Shown here one piece after another: positions 50,435 through 52,876 of a stretch of DNA of 52,876 nucleotides. The stretch spans positions 44,398,279 to 44,451,154 of the forward strand of contig NC_068998.1 of NCBI RefSeq assembly GCF_001194135.2, given 5' to 3'. Position 1 is the first letter of the stretch. Each line of letters opens with the position of its first letter. The notes under the pieces were generated by a model. That model was given only the letters and a program-made list of their open reading frames with translations. It had not been told where the DNA came from and searched no databases. The translations under genes and the position numbers were made by a program. The DNA comes from Octopus bimaculoides. Its lineage: Eukaryota.

Positions 50435-50809
50435 TAGAGGCACAATGGCCCAGTGGTTAGGACAGCAGACTCGCTGTCATAGGATCATGGTTTCGAATCC
50501 CAGACCTGGCGTTGTGAGTGTTTATTGAGCAAAAACACCTAAATCTCCACGAGGCTCTGGCAGGGGATGGTGGCGACCCCTGCTGTACTCTTCCACCACA
50601 ACTTTCTCTCACTCTTACTTGCTGTTGTGCCTGTAATTCAAAGGGTCAGCCTTGTCACACTGTGTCACGCTAAATATCCCCGAGAACTACGTTAAGGGTA
50701 CACATGTCTGTGGAGCGCTCAGTCACTTGCACGTTAATTTCACAAGCAGGCTGTTCCGTTGAGTGGATCAACTGGAACCCTCGACGTCGTAAGTGCCAAC
50801 AACAACAAC
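50435..50809 (+). mobile_element. SINE family A, full length, (CAA)n tail, 13-bp TSD
   Basis: Flanked by attttttgctgtg at 50422-50434 and 50810-50822. Confidence 0.95.
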
Positions 50810-51115
50810 ATTTTTTGCTGTGGTGACTACTTCTAAAATATTCTTTGTTTCGTCTGCATGAATGTTTATTTTAAGAAATTATTTAAAAGATGTTATGCAA
50901 TTACACAAAGTATTTTAGCAAAGAGTTGGACTGATGCCAGAATCTCACTTTTTACATCAAGTTAATCAAGTTTTTTTCAGTGCATTTGCTTAATTGTGCT
51001 TTCTATCTTCCTAATGAGGCGTATCACATAAAACCTCCCTGATGGTATTGATATAATTCAGTGAATATAATAGTGGTTTCCTCTCTATCTTTAGTTGTTT
51101 ACTCTCTATCTATAG

Positions 51116-51202
51116 ATAAAGTTCAGCAAGGTCTGGAGTAGACATTCAGACAGGTCTTCAAATGATAGGAAAGAAGAACTCAGCAGATGCCATAAAGATT
51201 AA
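51116..51202 (+). CDS. Candidate terminal coding exon segment (phase 0)
   Basis: ttactctctatctatag|ATAAAG...GATTAA; IKFSKVWSRHSDRSSNDRKEELSRCHKD then stop. Confidence 0.2.
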   Translation: MKFSKVWSRHSDRSSNDRKEELSRCHKD

Positions 51203-51471
51203 AAATTTATATTAACAGTCCGTGACTTATATCTGCATTACTTATGGTTTAACAAATGTGAGAAACTCTCATGGTTCTTTTGGATGCATTGGTGCTAAGT
51301 GTGAGGAAGACTGATTGTCATTGCATGGTGTGCAATGGTCCTTCTTCTTAACTAGTTTAAATCATGTGACAGAGTCAGTAGTTGGACAACTATTTGGTGT
51401 TTTTAGCAACTGCTGGCAGTGGGGAGGAGTGCTGTCGAAAGGTGGAGACAACTCTGATTCCAGTAACACTG

Positions 51472-51831
51472 TTTTATTCTTTTGCTTGTTTCAGTCATTT
51501 GACTGTGGCCATGCTGGAGCACCGCCTTTAGTCGAGCAAATCGACACCCAAGACTTATTTTGTGTACACCTAGTACTTATCTTATCGGTCTCTTTCACCG
51601 AACCGCTAATGTTACGGGGAGATAAACACATCAATATCGGTTGTCAAGCGATGGTGGGGAGACAAACACACATACATATACGATGGGCTTCTTTCAGTTT
51701 CCATCTACCAAATCCACTCACAAGGCTTTGGTCAGCCCGAGGCTATAGTAGGAGGTGTCACACAGTGGGACTGAACCCAGAACCATGTGGTCGGTAAGCA
51801 AACTATTTACCACACAGCCATGCCTGCACCT
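51472..51831 (-). mobile_element. SINE family D, full length
   Basis: ttgtttcagtcatttgactgtggccatgctggg...cacacagccatgcctgcacct; short internal CA tract. Confidence 0.92.
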
Positions 51832-51842
51832 ATGGAATAATG

Positions 51843-52078
51843 CTTTATCTTTTACTTGTTTCAGTCATTAGACTGTGGCCATGCTGGGGTTTGACCTTGA
51901 AGGATTTCTCAAATGAATTGACTCTTTACTTATTTTGGGGTTTTCAAGCTTGGTACTTGTTCTAGTGTTCTCTTTCACCAAACCTCTAAGAGGAATGTAA
52001 ACACACCAACACCAGTCGTCAAGCATTGGTGGGAAATAAACAAACAAAGACACGCACACCTACAATATGTGTATGCAT

Positions 52079-52162
<84 letters not shown>

Positions 52163-52324
52163 GATGGGCTTCATTCAGTTTCTGTCTACCAAATCCACTC
52201 ACAAGTCTTTAGTGGGCCCAAAACTATAGTAGGAAATACTTGCCCAGGTTCCACACAGTGGGACTAAACCTAGAACCATGAGGTTGAGAAACAAGCTTCA
52301 AACCACACCGCCATGCTTGCACTT
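51843..52324 (-). mobile_element. SINE family D, full length, expanded internal (TA)n
   Basis: Directly follows the previous copy in the same orientation; internal TA/CA tract at about 52065-52161. Confidence 0.88.
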
Positions 52325-52344
52325 AATATTCACAACTAAAGAAT

Positions 52345-52470
52345 TTTCCATCCACTAAATTCATCTTATAAAGTATTAGTAAGGCCAAGTCATAGGCACA
52401 ATGTCTCACACAGTGGTATGAAACTCAGAACATGGTGGTTGCAATCGAAACTCCTCGACCACACAGTCAA
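52345..52470 (-). mobile_element. SINE family D, degenerate 5' fragment
   Basis: tttccatccactaaattc...cacacagtggtatgaaactcagaacatggtggtt...cgaccacacagtc. Confidence 0.55.
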
Positions 52471-52876
52471 GACTAAACTCCTTTTATCAGCCTCATAAAA
52501 TTAACTCAATATTTTGTTCGTTTTCAGAAATTCTAATCTCCAGCTATCTGAATTACAGCAGGATGCACCCAATCAAGTTAATTAGTTCTACATACATAAC
52601 ATGAATAGGTAGCTCTCAGAGTTGTGATTTACACAGACCAATACATTTAGAATTTCAATGCATTCATTAGTTTGTTAACTTTTCCATCTGAATATCATTG
52701 TACATTCTTATATTAATGGGGGTTGCTGTATTCAGAAACGAACAGACAGACCAATTATTACACGAAAATATTATGACAACAGAAGGAAATATGAAAGTTT
52801 ACAAATTTTGCTGTACGAGGAAATATCCCTGCTTTAAGAAATGTTTATATGTGTGTGTGTGTATGCATATATACAA

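Noticed and set aside
52528-52830. Strong acceptor at 52527 (NSNLQLSELQQDAPNQ) and open frames at about 52715-52830
   Set aside because: The donor is weak, the phase does not fit the preceding chain, two frames compete, and the window ends before they can be tested.

Overview
This is eukaryotic, AT-rich, draft-assembly DNA with nine N-gaps, most of them next to dinucleotide microsatellites. The repeat content most resembles an Octopus genome (probably O. bimaculoides); that is an inference from recalled repeat families, not a database match. The window is mostly dispersed repeats: six SINE-like families (my working labels A-F), decayed Tc1/mariner transposases (one DD37D maT-type, one DD34D mariner), mariner-, piggyBac- and hAT-like MITEs, RTE-LINE relics, microsatellites and two degenerate minisatellites. 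Almost all ORFs in the supplied track come from microsatellites, gaps or SINEs. I found no rRNA, true tRNA, CRISPR array or recognisable protein-coding gene, and I cannot support a new biological system here. The best leads are: (i) a phase-compatible chain of small plus-strand candidate exons (36858-51202) with no recognisable domain; (ii) a perfect 12-bp hairpin with a candidate 5' splice site in its loop; (iii) inverted SINE pairs that could form dsRNA around candidate exons; and (iv) a competing set of minus-strand exon candidates. All exon calls rest on splice signals and open frames only, and some are expected by chance in 53 kb.
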